Assembly (NCBI GenBank): GCA_045117995.1
Contig: JBGUOH010000009.1
Span: 64,276 to 128,275 of the forward strand
Source: Bacilli bacterium
Lineage (GTDB): Bacteria > Bacillota_I > Bacilli_A > RFN20 > CAG-826
Direction: 5' to 3'
Length of the DNA stretch: 64,000 bases
Shown here: in pieces, positions 49,018 to 57,517 of the stretch
Layout: each line of letters starts with the position of its first letter
Position numbering within the stretch: the stretch's first letter is position 1
Notes under the pieces: generated by a model
Seen by the model: the letters and a program-made list of their open reading frames with translations, nothing else
The model's database searches: none
What the model was told of the DNA's origin: nothing
Translations under genes and position numbers: made by a program

Positions 49018-51324
49018 TTATTCAGGAACTTTTAAGGCTTCTACCATATTGATCTTTCGATTCTTTCTTGCAACGAGCCAAGAAACGAAGAACGAAACAC
49101 CAAACATTAAAACTACTGGAATAACAAACGTCATCCAACCAAATATCAGCATCATTTCATATTCAGAGGCTAATGCCTTCATTAAGACATAGGTAATGCC
49201 AATACCAGTTGGGAAGCCTAAGACAAAACCCGCCACTGTTAACCACATATTTTGGGTGATTAAGAGTTTGCCAATCTTTTTGTCTTTGAAGCCCACCACT
49301 TTGAGAGTGGATAATTCTCTATATCTTTCAAAATAAGACATTGTTCCTAAGTTATACAAAACAACAATACCTAAAATAATGGATAAAACAATAAGCGCAC
49401 CAATCATTAAATACATGACTTCCATAAAGCTATCAAATGATTTAATGATATCATTTCTGCTCTTAGTGGTGCTGATGTAATCGCCATGAGCGGTAACATC
49501 ATCTTTTTTGGTATTGGTGAAGATTTGGTTAATCTTATAATCAATACCTTTTTCATCAGCGTATTTCTTACTCATCACAACACCCTTAGTTAATGTTCTC
49601 AATTGACCAGTTAGGCGGAGCGTGTATGTAATATCGCTACCAAAAACCGAGACTGTAAATGTATCGCCAATCTTTAAATGATTAGATTCCATTAATCTTT
49701 GACCAACATAAACTCCATCATCCTTAAGAGTGACAAATTTCATATTGGTATCAAGGAATCGTACATAGTCATGACTGATATCATAAATATCCATTGCAAT
49801 TGCTTCTTCATTTAAAGAGACATTTGTAGAAGCACTGTAATCGGCATCATAGTATGATGCAATCTCTAATGCTTTTTCATTAGTGGCGTCTTCTTTTAAT
49901 GAAATCTGACTTTCATAGTTCATTGAGCCATAGTAGAACTTATTAACAAATCCCACCATGGAATCCATCATTAAAAATGATGCAATCAATAAGACAGTAC
50001 AGCCAAAGACACCGAATAATGTCATACCACTTCTAGCTTTATGTCTGAATAAATCTCTTAGATTCCATTTAGTGGCAAATTTCATTCTTCTCCAACCTTT
50101 AGAATCCTCAATCTTTAATCTCTTCATGGCTTTTGGAGTGTATGGTTTAAGAGCATCCGCAGCGGTACCTTTAAGCATATTCTTCGCGGATATATAGGAA
50201 ATCAATGTCATAAAACCAACAATGCCAATAACCACAAGGAAGGTCCACCATGGCATATGAATAGCCCAAGATGGTAAATCAAAGTATGTACCCATTGATC
50301 CACCTGGATTAAAAATAAACCAAGCGATGAAATAACCAAAGCCAACACCAAGTACGCCACCCACTAATCCAATAAATAGGCCGAATAAGGTATAGTGTTT
50401 AACAATTTTAGAATCTCTAAAACCTAACGCTTTGAGAGTGCCAATTTGTGTCTTTTCATTGATTGTTAATCTTTGCATAGTTGTGGCCATAATTAAGACC
50501 GCTATGCCTAAGAAGACCACAGGTAAGATTGATGCCATAGTTTTGCCTTCACTAGCTTCGCCTTGTGCTTCAGAATATGAAGCCACTTCATTTTTAGTAA
50601 GAACAAGATTCGTTCTTCCAAGCTTTTCATTCGCGGCTTCTGAAAACTCTTTCTTTGAAAGATTACTGATAACATGTAATTCAGGATATAATTCAAATCC
50701 GCCTAAGGCTTTCTTATACATTTCAGGAGAAATATAAACATAGCCATACGTCTTATAATCAGGCATCATTTGGTTTTCTCCAGGAGTACAAATTAAGTAC
50801 TCACTAGATTTAATTAAGCCTTTGATTTTACCGGTTAATGAAATAGCACCATATTTAAGTGTCATTTCATCATCAATATGATAGTCGTTAGCTTCTGCAT
50901 ATAAGTCACTCATCCAAATAGTGTCTAACGCTTTAGCGTCATATTCTTCGCCTTTGGTGACTATGAAACTTGAAACATCGAAGTTCGTGGTCACTGTCAC
51001 TGCCACAACGTCATTTTCTTTTGTTTCGTTTGTTTTAACAGAGACATAGCGGGATATTTTATCCACTCCTTCTATAGAAGCGACTTTATTCATGTCTTCT
51101 TCTGAATAACCAGTTTCAGATACTAAGCGATAATCTGCGAAGCCTGTAGATTTATAGAACGAGAAAGTATCTTGCTCGATTGATTTCCATTCCCCTTGGA
51201 AACCAACGAATACACCAACGCCTAATATAACCATGATAATCATGGATATAAATTGGGCTTTATAGTGCCATATTGTTCTTAATAATTTTCTAAATAACAT
51301 ATTACCAATCCACCTCATCAACAC
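49018..51324 (-). CDS. ABC transporter permease with two FtsX domains (BceB/MacB-like, 10 TM, large extracellular loop)
   Basis: 768 aa. An N-terminal 4-TM FtsX module, a central extracytoplasmic domain, and a C-terminal FtsX module. It overlaps the upstream ATPase gene. Confidence 0.8.
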   Translation of the reverse strand: MLMRWIGNMLFRKLLRTIWHYKAQFISMIIMVILGVGVFVGFQGEWKSIEQDTFSFYKSTGFADYRLVSETGYSEEDMNKVASIEGVDKISRYVSVKTNETKENDVVAVTVTTNFDVSSFIVTKGEEYDAKALDTIWMSDLYAEANDYHIDDEMTLKYGAISLTGKIKGLIKSSEYLICTPGENQMMPDYKTYGYVYISPEMYKKALGGFELYPELHVISNLSKKEFSEAANEKLGRTNLVLTKNEVASYSEAQGEASEGKTMASILPVVFLGIAVLIMATTMQRLTINEKTQIGTLKALGFRDSKIVKHYTLFGLFIGLVGGVLGVGFGYFIAWFIFNPGGSMGTYFDLPSWAIHMPWWTFLVVIGIVGFMTLISYISAKNMLKGTAADALKPYTPKAMKRLKIEDSKGWRRMKFATKWNLRDLFRHKARSGMTLFGVFGCTVLLIASFLMMDSMVGFVNKFYYGSMNYESQISLKEDATNEKALEIASYYDADYSASTNVSLNEEAIAMDIYDISHDYVRFLDTNMKFVTLKDDGVYVGQRLMESNHLKIGDTFTVSVFGSDITYTLRLTGQLRTLTKGVVMSKKYADEKGIDYKINQIFTNTKKDDVTAHGDYISTTKSRNDIIKSFDSFMEVMYLMIGALIVLSIILGIVVLYNLGTMSYFERYRELSTLKVVGFKDKKIGKLLITQNMWLTVAGFVLGFPTGIGITYVLMKALASEYEMMLIFGWMTFVIPVVLMFGVSFFVSWLVARKNRKINMVEALKVPE

Positions 51325-52003
51325 TTAATGGGCTATCTTGATTGATAACTTCTTTAATATGACCGGATTTCACTCTGATAATTGTGTCCGCCATTTTAGC
51401 GATGTTTTGGTTATGGGTAACAATGATAATTGTCTTATGATAACTTCTCGCCATATTTAAAAGTACTTTGAGTACCATAGCACCTGTTTCGCTATCTAAG
51501 GCACCAGTTGGTTCATCGCATAATAAAATCTTTGGGTTCTTCGCTAAAGCTCTAGCAATAGAGACTCTTTGTTGTTCACCACCACTTAGTTCGGACGGGA
51601 ATTTATCTTTATGATCAGCAAGACCCACTTCATTAAGCATTTCGTTAACGGATAATGGATCTTTCACAATTTCTTTCACCAATGAAACATTTTCAAAAAC
51701 AGTTAATGTTGGAATTAAATTATAGGATTGAAAGACAAAGCCCACTGTTGAGGCGCGATAATCCGCTAAAGCGTTATTATCTAATTTTGAAATATCTTTC
51801 CCTTCAACAAGGATTTGACCATTTGTTGGAGAATCTAAACCACCTAATAAGTTTAGTAATGTGGACTTGCCCGCACCACTAGGACCTAAGATAACAATAA
51901 ATTTTCCCTCTTCGATGTCTAAATCGATATTGTCTAAAGCCTTTTGTTCATGATCACCGACTTGATAAATACGGCTCACATTCTTAAATTCAATTAAACC
52001 CAT
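51302..52003 (-). CDS. ABC transporter ATP-binding protein (FtsE/MacB/BceA-like)
   Basis: 233 aa. Walker A GPSGAGKSTLLN, signature LSGGEQQRVSIARAL, Walker B LLCDEP. Confidence 0.9.
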   Translation of the reverse strand: MGLIEFKNVSRIYQVGDHEQKALDNIDLDIEEGKFIVILGPSGAGKSTLLNLLGGLDSPTNGQILVEGKDISKLDNNALADYRASTVGFVFQSYNLIPTLTVFENVSLVKEIVKDPLSVNEMLNEVGLADHKDKFPSELSGGEQQRVSIARALAKNPKILLCDEPTGALDSETGAMVLKVLLNMARSYHKTIIIVTHNQNIAKMADTIIRVKSGHIKEVINQDSPLSVDEVDW

Positions 52004-52230
52004 ATAATACTCCCTTTATTAATAGTCTGTGGAAGAGTGGCCGTTAGTGTTGGTAGATTAGGAGATTCATTACTAACGAGCACTGGCTAAGATGCTTAAT
52101 CGTTTTTGTTACAGAATTACTTTTTTTAAACGGCCACTGCTTCCTCTTTAATTACTATTACTATGTAATAGCGTCATTCGGTTAGTCATGGCTAACTAAC
52201 CACATTGAAGCATTATATCACTTAAATATA
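52004..52230 (-). promoter_or_regulatory. Promoter (extended -10 TGaTATAAT) plus a ~200-nt structured 5' leader of the ABC operon
   Basis: The minus-strand leader has a 15-bp long-range helix with one bulge (GGAAGCAGUGGCCGUU ... AACGGCCACUCUUCC) enclosing about 100 nt. Two local hairpins sit upstream of it (GGUUAGU-UAGCCAUG-ACUAACC and CUAUUAC-AUA-GUAAUAG). Confidence 0.45.
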
Positions 52231-52270
52231 TATTGTGTTAACAATTTGATAAAAAATTCATTTTTATAAC

Positions 52271-52296
52271 AAAAAAGAACCGCTGTTCGCAGTTCT
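52271..52296 (-). terminator. Intrinsic terminator after the Fic-like gene
   Basis: AGAACUGC-GAACA-GCGGUUCU + U6 on the minus strand. Confidence 0.7.
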
Positions 52297-52308
52297 ATTA
52301 CTATCGAT

Positions 52309-52339
52309 TTGGTGGACCAGAATGCCCGTATTCTGAACC
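52309..52339 (-). repeat. Copy A of a 31-nt 3'-UTR motif (GGUUCAGAAUACGGGCAUUCUGGUCCACCAA), directly repeated at 53395-53425
   Basis: It lies between the Fic stop codon and its terminator. Copy B lies between the esterase stop codon and its terminator. The copies are about 75% identical, with conserved ends GUUCA.AAUACGG and CCACCAA. Confidence 0.55.
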
Positions 52340-52344
52340 TTCAC

Positions 52345-53277
52345 TTAGATTTTTATCCAGCAGTAGTTTTTTAAGAATGAGACAATTTCATCTTTTTTAG
52401 ATTCATCTTCGTAATAAGACACCAGAACTTTTTTGTAATCACTAACCTTGTCTACTGGGACCACAATCAAGCCTAAAGCATGTGAGATTAAATAATGGTT
52501 AGCGAAAATGATAGCGGTTCTTTTGTTGCCGTCTAAGAACAATTGCTTTTTCATTACAAATAGGACTAGATCAATCGCCAAATCAATTCCTTCTTCATTT
52601 TGCAGCATATCAGATAGATCTTGTTTGACATGGTCTTCAAAAGGAATAGGAGGGATATATGAAGAGCCACCAATTGTGACTGGCACACTTCTAATTCTTC
52701 CAGCGGTCAATGAAAAGCCGTCTTCCACTATTTGGTTTATTTGACATAAAACAGCGTAATTGGTTGGATAGTTTGCCAAATCAACAGACATGATAAATTC
52801 CCAGGCTCTTTTAAGATTGATGACTTTATTAATATCACTTGCGGTCATGTCATTAACTTTGCCACCATTAACAATTGTTTCGGTATCTGAATATGTGGTA
52901 GCTACCCCCTCTAGCATTGCTTGCTTATAAATTGAATCAACCAAATATCTTCTTGCTAAATCAATGTTAATGGCGACTTTCTCATCAACCCCATCAATTT
53001 GTACATAGTTAAGTTCTTTGAGAGTTTTGTTAATCTCTTTAAGCCTTCTTTTAAGATTCTTGGCTATCTCGGTATTGTTCCTAATTAAGTTATAAAGAAC
53101 ATCTGAATATTCACCAACATATTTAGTGTTTAAAACACCATCTTGCCTAAAATGGACATAGATGTATTGCTTATTATCTTTTTCTCTTAGTTCAATTGAA
53201 CCATAAAGCATAGAATTTAGCTGTTCAATAATCTGATTCTTCTCTCTTAATAAGTCATTAATATTAGGCATAAACAA
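52345..53277 (-). CDS. Fic/Doc-family protein with a degenerate active-site motif (Q-L-F-L-D-G-N-K-R instead of H-P-F-x-D-G-N-G/K-R)
   Basis: 310 aa. Fic core region ...FVMKKQLFLDGNKRTAIIFANHYL... The catalytic His is replaced by Gln. The N-terminal helix QAMLEGV resembles the inhibitory (S/T)xxxEG motif but also lacks the Ser. Confidence 0.6.
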   Translation of the reverse strand: MFMPNINDLLREKNQIIEQLNSMLYGSIELREKDNKQYIYVHFRQDGVLNTKYVGEYSDVLYNLIRNNTEIAKNLKRRLKEINKTLKELNYVQIDGVDEKVAINIDLARRYLVDSIYKQAMLEGVATTYSDTETIVNGGKVNDMTASDINKVINLKRAWEFIMSVDLANYPTNYAVLCQINQIVEDGFSLTAGRIRSVPVTIGGSSYIPPIPFEDHVKQDLSDMLQNEEGIDLAIDLVLFVMKKQLFLDGNKRTAIIFANHYLISHALGLIVVPVDKVSDYKKVLVSYYEDESKKDEIVSFLKNYCWIKI

Positions 53278-53356
53278 TACCTCCTGTCACTATTATTATA
53301 GCATATTATCTATTAGTGTGAAACATTTTTATTATTTTTGTTACACACTTAAACAT

Positions 53357-53385
53357 AAAAGAAAAAGAAGGATTAATCCTTCTTA
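53357..53385 (-). terminator. Intrinsic terminator after the esterase gene/rhamnose operon
   Basis: AAGAAGGA-UUAA-UCCUUCUU + U-run on the minus strand. Confidence 0.7.
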
Positions 53386-53394
53386 GTAATCTAG

Positions 53395-53425
53395 TTGGTG
53401 GGTCTAATTGACCGTATTTTGAACA
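53395..53425 (-). repeat. Copy B of the 31-nt 3'-UTR motif (UGUUCAAAAUACGGUCAAUUAGACCCACCAA)
   Basis: See copy A. Both copies have the same orientation and the same position, stop codon + 3-6 nt. Confidence 0.55.
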
Positions 53426-53427
53426 AA

Positions 53428-54153
53428 TTAGATATTCTCAATGAACTCTATTGCTTTATCAAACCACTTTTCAGCATTAGTTCCTTTAGCTAAACCCACG
53501 CCATGCCCAACACCTAAAAAGACATCTCTTTTGTAAGAAACACCCGCCTTTTTAAGTGACTCTTCTAACAAGTTAGAATTTATAGGGTCTACAGATTTAT
53601 CAGCTGTACCATTCCAAAAATATGTTCTTGGAAAGTTACAATCAATATGCAAGTTGATGGATAGTTTTTCAATCATTTCTTGAGAAGCGTTCTTTCCTAA
53701 AAGATTATTTCTTGTCCCAAGATGTGTGTGCTCGCCTAGCGTAATTACTGGATAAATTAGCACCAAAGCGGATGGTTTTGGGATTTTCCAATCTTCAATA
53801 AACATGCTGGCCACCAAATGTCCACCAGCGGAACTGCCCCAAAGCGACCAATTGGTAATGTCTAAATTCCATTCATCTTCGTGAGCAAAAATATCATTAA
53901 TCGCCTTTTGTAAATCTTCTTGAGGATGGGGATAGCGAGCTTTCCCTTTAACGCGATAATAAACCACAAAAGCGTGATAACCGCGTTTATTTAATTCTTC
54001 AGCATAAGGGAGTCCTTCTACAAATGAACAAACCATACCATATCCGCCACCAGGGCAAATAACAGCAAAAGGATGCTTTTTGCCATCGTTAATTAAATAT
54101 GGTTTTAAACCGTATTTATTTGGTCTCCAAAAATCATATGCTGCTTGAAACAT
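53428..54153 (-). CDS. Alpha/beta-hydrolase esterase (acetyl-esterase/Aes-like; probable carbohydrate esterase)
   Basis: 241 aa. Oxyanion-hole region CPGGGY and nucleophile elbow GSSAGGH. It is the last gene of the rhamnose cluster. Confidence 0.7.
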   Translation of the reverse strand: MFQAAYDFWRPNKYGLKPYLINDGKKHPFAVICPGGGYGMVCSFVEGLPYAEELNKRGYHAFVVYYRVKGKARYPHPQEDLQKAINDIFAHEDEWNLDITNWSLWGSSAGGHLVASMFIEDWKIPKPSALVLIYPVITLGEHTHLGTRNNLLGKNASQEMIEKLSINLHIDCNFPRTYFWNGTADKSVDPINSNLLEESLKKAGVSYKRDVFLGVGHGVGLAKGTNAEKWFDKAIEFIENI

Positions 54154-54166
54154 TCAAAAACCTATC

Positions 54167-55399
54167 CTATCTTTTAGACAAAACATTCTTTTCGTATTCT
54201 CTGACTTCTTCAAACATTTTAGCATCAGAGACCATGCCTTGACGCTTAAGATATTCATCCCAAACTTCACCCCAAGGAAGTGTCTTGAGTTCTTCTTGCT
54301 TAGCAAGAACACGAGTGTGATCATAACTATCTTGTGCTTCTTTTAATAAATGCCATGGGGTTAACAAGGCTTTAAGTAAAGCTTTTTCCATATTACGAGC
54401 GCCTATTACCATCGCTGCGATTCTATTGATAGAAGCATCAAAGTAATCTAAACCAATATAACTTCTTTGTAAGCCATCACATTTTATTAATTCATCAGCG
54501 ACATCTTGTAAATCATCGTTAAGTTTTAAAACATGGTCGCTATCCCATCTCACTGGTCTAGAGACATGGAATGCTAATTTGTTATAGAAGCAGAACATAG
54601 AGGAAATCTTATCTGCGACATTCTCTGTTGGATGGAAGTGGCCTGTATCTAATAAACAGCAGATATTTCTAGATGCGGCATAATTCAAATAGAATTCGTT
54701 TGAGCCAACGGTATATGATTCAACACCAATACCAAAGACTTTGCTTTCTACAGACACGTCCATCACCTTTTTATCATATTTATAACCAGCGAGAATCTTA
54801 TCTAAAGAGTCTTTTAATCTTTCTCTAGGACCTAATCTATCACCTGGAACATCTTTTAAACCATCAGGAATCCAAATGTTCATTAAAGATTTTTGACCTA
54901 ATTCTTTAGCGAAGTATTCAGTAATCTTTAAACCTTCAACACAGTGCTTAATCCAATAGTTTCTCACCTTTTCATCTGGCGAAGATAAGGAAAGACCATC
55001 CACTAGCATTGGATGAGAAAAGATTGTGGGATTATAGTCTAAGCCTAAACCTCTTTCTTTAGCATAGCTAACCCAGTCTTTAAATTGTTCAATACCCACT
55101 TCGTTTCTTTCAACGATTTTACCTGTTTGATAAATTGCATGAAGATTAATCTTTTTGCTACCTGGGATATAAGATAAGGCTTTATCTAAATCTTGTGTTA
55201 ATTCCTTAAAGTTTCTAGCTTTACCAGGATAGTTACCAGTTGTTTGGATGCCACCAGTTAAGCTGCCTTCATTTTCAAATCCATTGACATCATCTAATTG
55301 CCAACAATGTAAGGAGATTTTGGTTTTGGCTAATTCCTTAAGGGCTTTGTTTACATCCACTCCATAGGATGCATAGATTTCTTTGACTTCTTTTCTCAT
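54167..55399 (-). CDS. rhaA: L-rhamnose isomerase
   Basis: 410 aa, full-length match to the RhaA family (KISLHCWQ..., metal-binding region). Confidence 0.88.
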   Translation of the reverse strand: MRKEVKEIYASYGVDVNKALKELAKTKISLHCWQLDDVNGFENEGSLTGGIQTTGNYPGKARNFKELTQDLDKALSYIPGSKKINLHAIYQTGKIVERNEVGIEQFKDWVSYAKERGLGLDYNPTIFSHPMLVDGLSLSSPDEKVRNYWIKHCVEGLKITEYFAKELGQKSLMNIWIPDGLKDVPGDRLGPRERLKDSLDKILAGYKYDKKVMDVSVESKVFGIGVESYTVGSNEFYLNYAASRNICCLLDTGHFHPTENVADKISSMFCFYNKLAFHVSRPVRWDSDHVLKLNDDLQDVADELIKCDGLQRSYIGLDYFDASINRIAAMVIGARNMEKALLKALLTPWHLLKEAQDSYDHTRVLAKQEELKTLPWGEVWDEYLKRQGMVSDAKMFEEVREYEKNVLSKR

Positions 55400-56694
55400 A
55401 ATTCTTTACTCACTTTCATTTGTGTTTTGATATTTCCTAACGCTGTTGCCTCAATTGGCATAGCGATTACTTTCTTATTTGTATACTTTTCAATTAATCG
55501 ATTGAGATAGATGTTTTTAGCGCCACCACCAATTACATAGATTGATTGATACTTCTTATTCGTGATTGTTTCTAACTCACTAATAGCGGCTTTATAACCT
55601 AATGCCATCGAGCGGAAGACCGAGGCAAATAAATCAATATTATTTGGTCTATCGTCTAATAGTTTTAATACAGCTTCTTTCATGTTCTTAGGAGCGCTTA
55701 AGCTTGGATCATTGATATCAAACGTCTTGTTATAAATTGATTCATCAATTTGCTTATTAATCTCATTAAGCGTTAATCCTGTTTCATCTCTCAGCCTATT
55801 TGCTATATACATACCCATAATGTTTTTAAGGAATCTGATATAGCCCACGCCACCTTCGTTTGTGTAATTAGCTTTAAGTGATTTATCAGTGATGATTGGT
55901 TGTTTGGATTTAATTCCTAATAATGACCAAGTACCACTGCTGAGGATAATGCCGTTATCTGGTACGTCCACTGATTCAAAAGCTGAAGCGGTATCGTGAG
56001 ATGGGCAAAGTATTACTTTGGTATTTCCACCCACTTCTTTTTGAACGATTGGTAGTAAACTACCAACGATATGACCAGGTTGTTGAATGCTATTAAATAA
56101 CTTCCTTGGTAAGCCTATTCTTTCTATTAGATTGGAATCATATTTACCCGTATTGGCATCTAACAATGCTCCTGTTGATTCGTTGGTGTATTCATGCGTT
56201 TTAATGCCTGTGAGCTTATAAGTGAAATAGCTTGGAAGCATTAAATAGTCAGTAGTGGTTTCTAATCTACCTTTTTGTCTATCATCAAATAGCTGATATA
56301 GAGTATTAAAGGCAGCGTATTGAATGCCTGTTCTTTTATATATCTCTTCAAAACTAACTAATGCGTGTACCTGTTTAGCGGATTTTTCACATCTTTCATT
56401 GCGATATGCATAGTATGGAGGTAGTTCTTTATCTCCGTTCATTAAGACATAATCAACACCCCAAGTATCAATAGATAAAGATTCAATGATTGGATATTGT
56501 TCAAATGCTTTTTTAATACCGATCAATATCTCTTTATAGATACGAGGGATGTCCCACACTAAACCATCAGCGGACATATCCATCTCGGTTTTAAAGCGGT
56601 GAATCTCTTTTAAAACTATTTCACCGTTTTTTTGATAACCGATGACATGTCTGCCACTTGTAGCGCCTAGATCAATCGCTAAATAATATTTCAT
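55396..56694 (-). CDS. rhaB: Rhamnulokinase (FGGY kinase family)
   Basis: 432 aa. FGGY N-terminal motif YYLAIDLGATSGR. Confidence 0.85.
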   Translation of the reverse strand: MKYYLAIDLGATSGRHVIGYQKNGEIVLKEIHRFKTEMDMSADGLVWDIPRIYKEILIGIKKAFEQYPIIESLSIDTWGVDYVLMNGDKELPPYYAYRNERCEKSAKQVHALVSFEEIYKRTGIQYAAFNTLYQLFDDRQKGRLETTTDYLMLPSYFTYKLTGIKTHEYTNESTGALLDANTGKYDSNLIERIGLPRKLFNSIQQPGHIVGSLLPIVQKEVGGNTKVILCPSHDTASAFESVDVPDNGIILSSGTWSLLGIKSKQPIITDKSLKANYTNEGGVGYIRFLKNIMGMYIANRLRDETGLTLNEINKQIDESIYNKTFDINDPSLSAPKNMKEAVLKLLDDRPNNIDLFASVFRSMALGYKAAISELETITNKKYQSIYVIGGGAKNIYLNRLIEKYTNKKVIAMPIEATALGNIKTQMKVSKEL

Positions 56695-57509
56695 TATTTT
56701 TCCTCAATAACGCCTGGCATCATTTTTAAATTCCATAACTTGGCTAAACCAATAATGACTTCATCTGGAATCTCGTTAACCACATGCCCTAAAGTTAACA
56801 TATAAATTTGTGCGGTCTTTTCCACTGTTTCAATTAAGCCAAAGGCTTCATCGATATCATTACCCGCACCATAGATACCATGGTTTGTCCAAGTGACTAT
56901 TCGATGTTCTTTCATTTTATTAGCGGTCGCTTCACCGATTTCAGTTGTGCCGCACACCATACAAGGAAGAACACCAACGCCTTCTGGGAAAACAACGACT
57001 GCTTCGGTATTTGATTTCCATAGTTTATGAGTGAAGATAACTTCATCTGCCGGTAAACATGCGCCCATGCAAATTGTGTATGTTGGGTGTGTATGCATAA
57101 TGATTCTATTGTTTGGATTTACTTTTAATCTAGCGGCATGGCTCATTAAATGAGCAGGAAATTCACTTGTGAATTTGCCACCATCATTGTAGCCCCATAG
57201 TAGATGGGCTTCTTTGCCATTGTCGCTAATTTTAACTAAACCTAAATTGGCTTCTGGATTTTTAATGATGTTTTTGAAATATTTGCCTGTACCAGTAACA
57301 AGGAAATATTTACCTCTGACTATTTCATCAGCGACAAAACCTAAATCAAATTTTCTTGGGAAGTTGTCTTCTGGGAAATATTTTCTTACATATGCTTCAT
57401 CAATCATGTATGAAATATTTCCACCATTACGTTCATCCCAACCTTGATGGTACATGTTATCAGTGATTTCACTGACTTCTTTAACAAATTTCGATTCTAA
57501 AAAGTTCAT
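56694..57509 (-). CDS. rhaD: Rhamnulose-1-phosphate aldolase (class II aldolase)
   Basis: 271 aa. Class II aldolase/adducin fold with metal-binding His residues (HTHP, TNHG). Confidence 0.85.
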   Translation of the reverse strand: MNFLESKFVKEVSEITDNMYHQGWDERNGGNISYMIDEAYVRKYFPEDNFPRKFDLGFVADEIVRGKYFLVTGTGKYFKNIIKNPEANLGLVKISDNGKEAHLLWGYNDGGKFTSEFPAHLMSHAARLKVNPNNRIIMHTHPTYTICMGACLPADEVIFTHKLWKSNTEAVVVFPEGVGVLPCMVCGTTEIGEATANKMKEHRIVTWTNHGIYGAGNDIDEAFGLIETVEKTAQIYMLTLGHVVNEIPDEVIIGLAKLWNLKMMPGVIEEK

Positions 57510-57517
57510 AATTTCTC

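Noticed and set aside
52309-52339. Interpreting the 31-nt motif ending in CCACCAA as a tRNA 3' fragment/att site
   Set aside because: No T-arm or acceptor-stem pairing could be drawn. It fits better as a duplicated 3'-UTR element. The insertion-cassette idea is retained only as a hypothesis in the findings.
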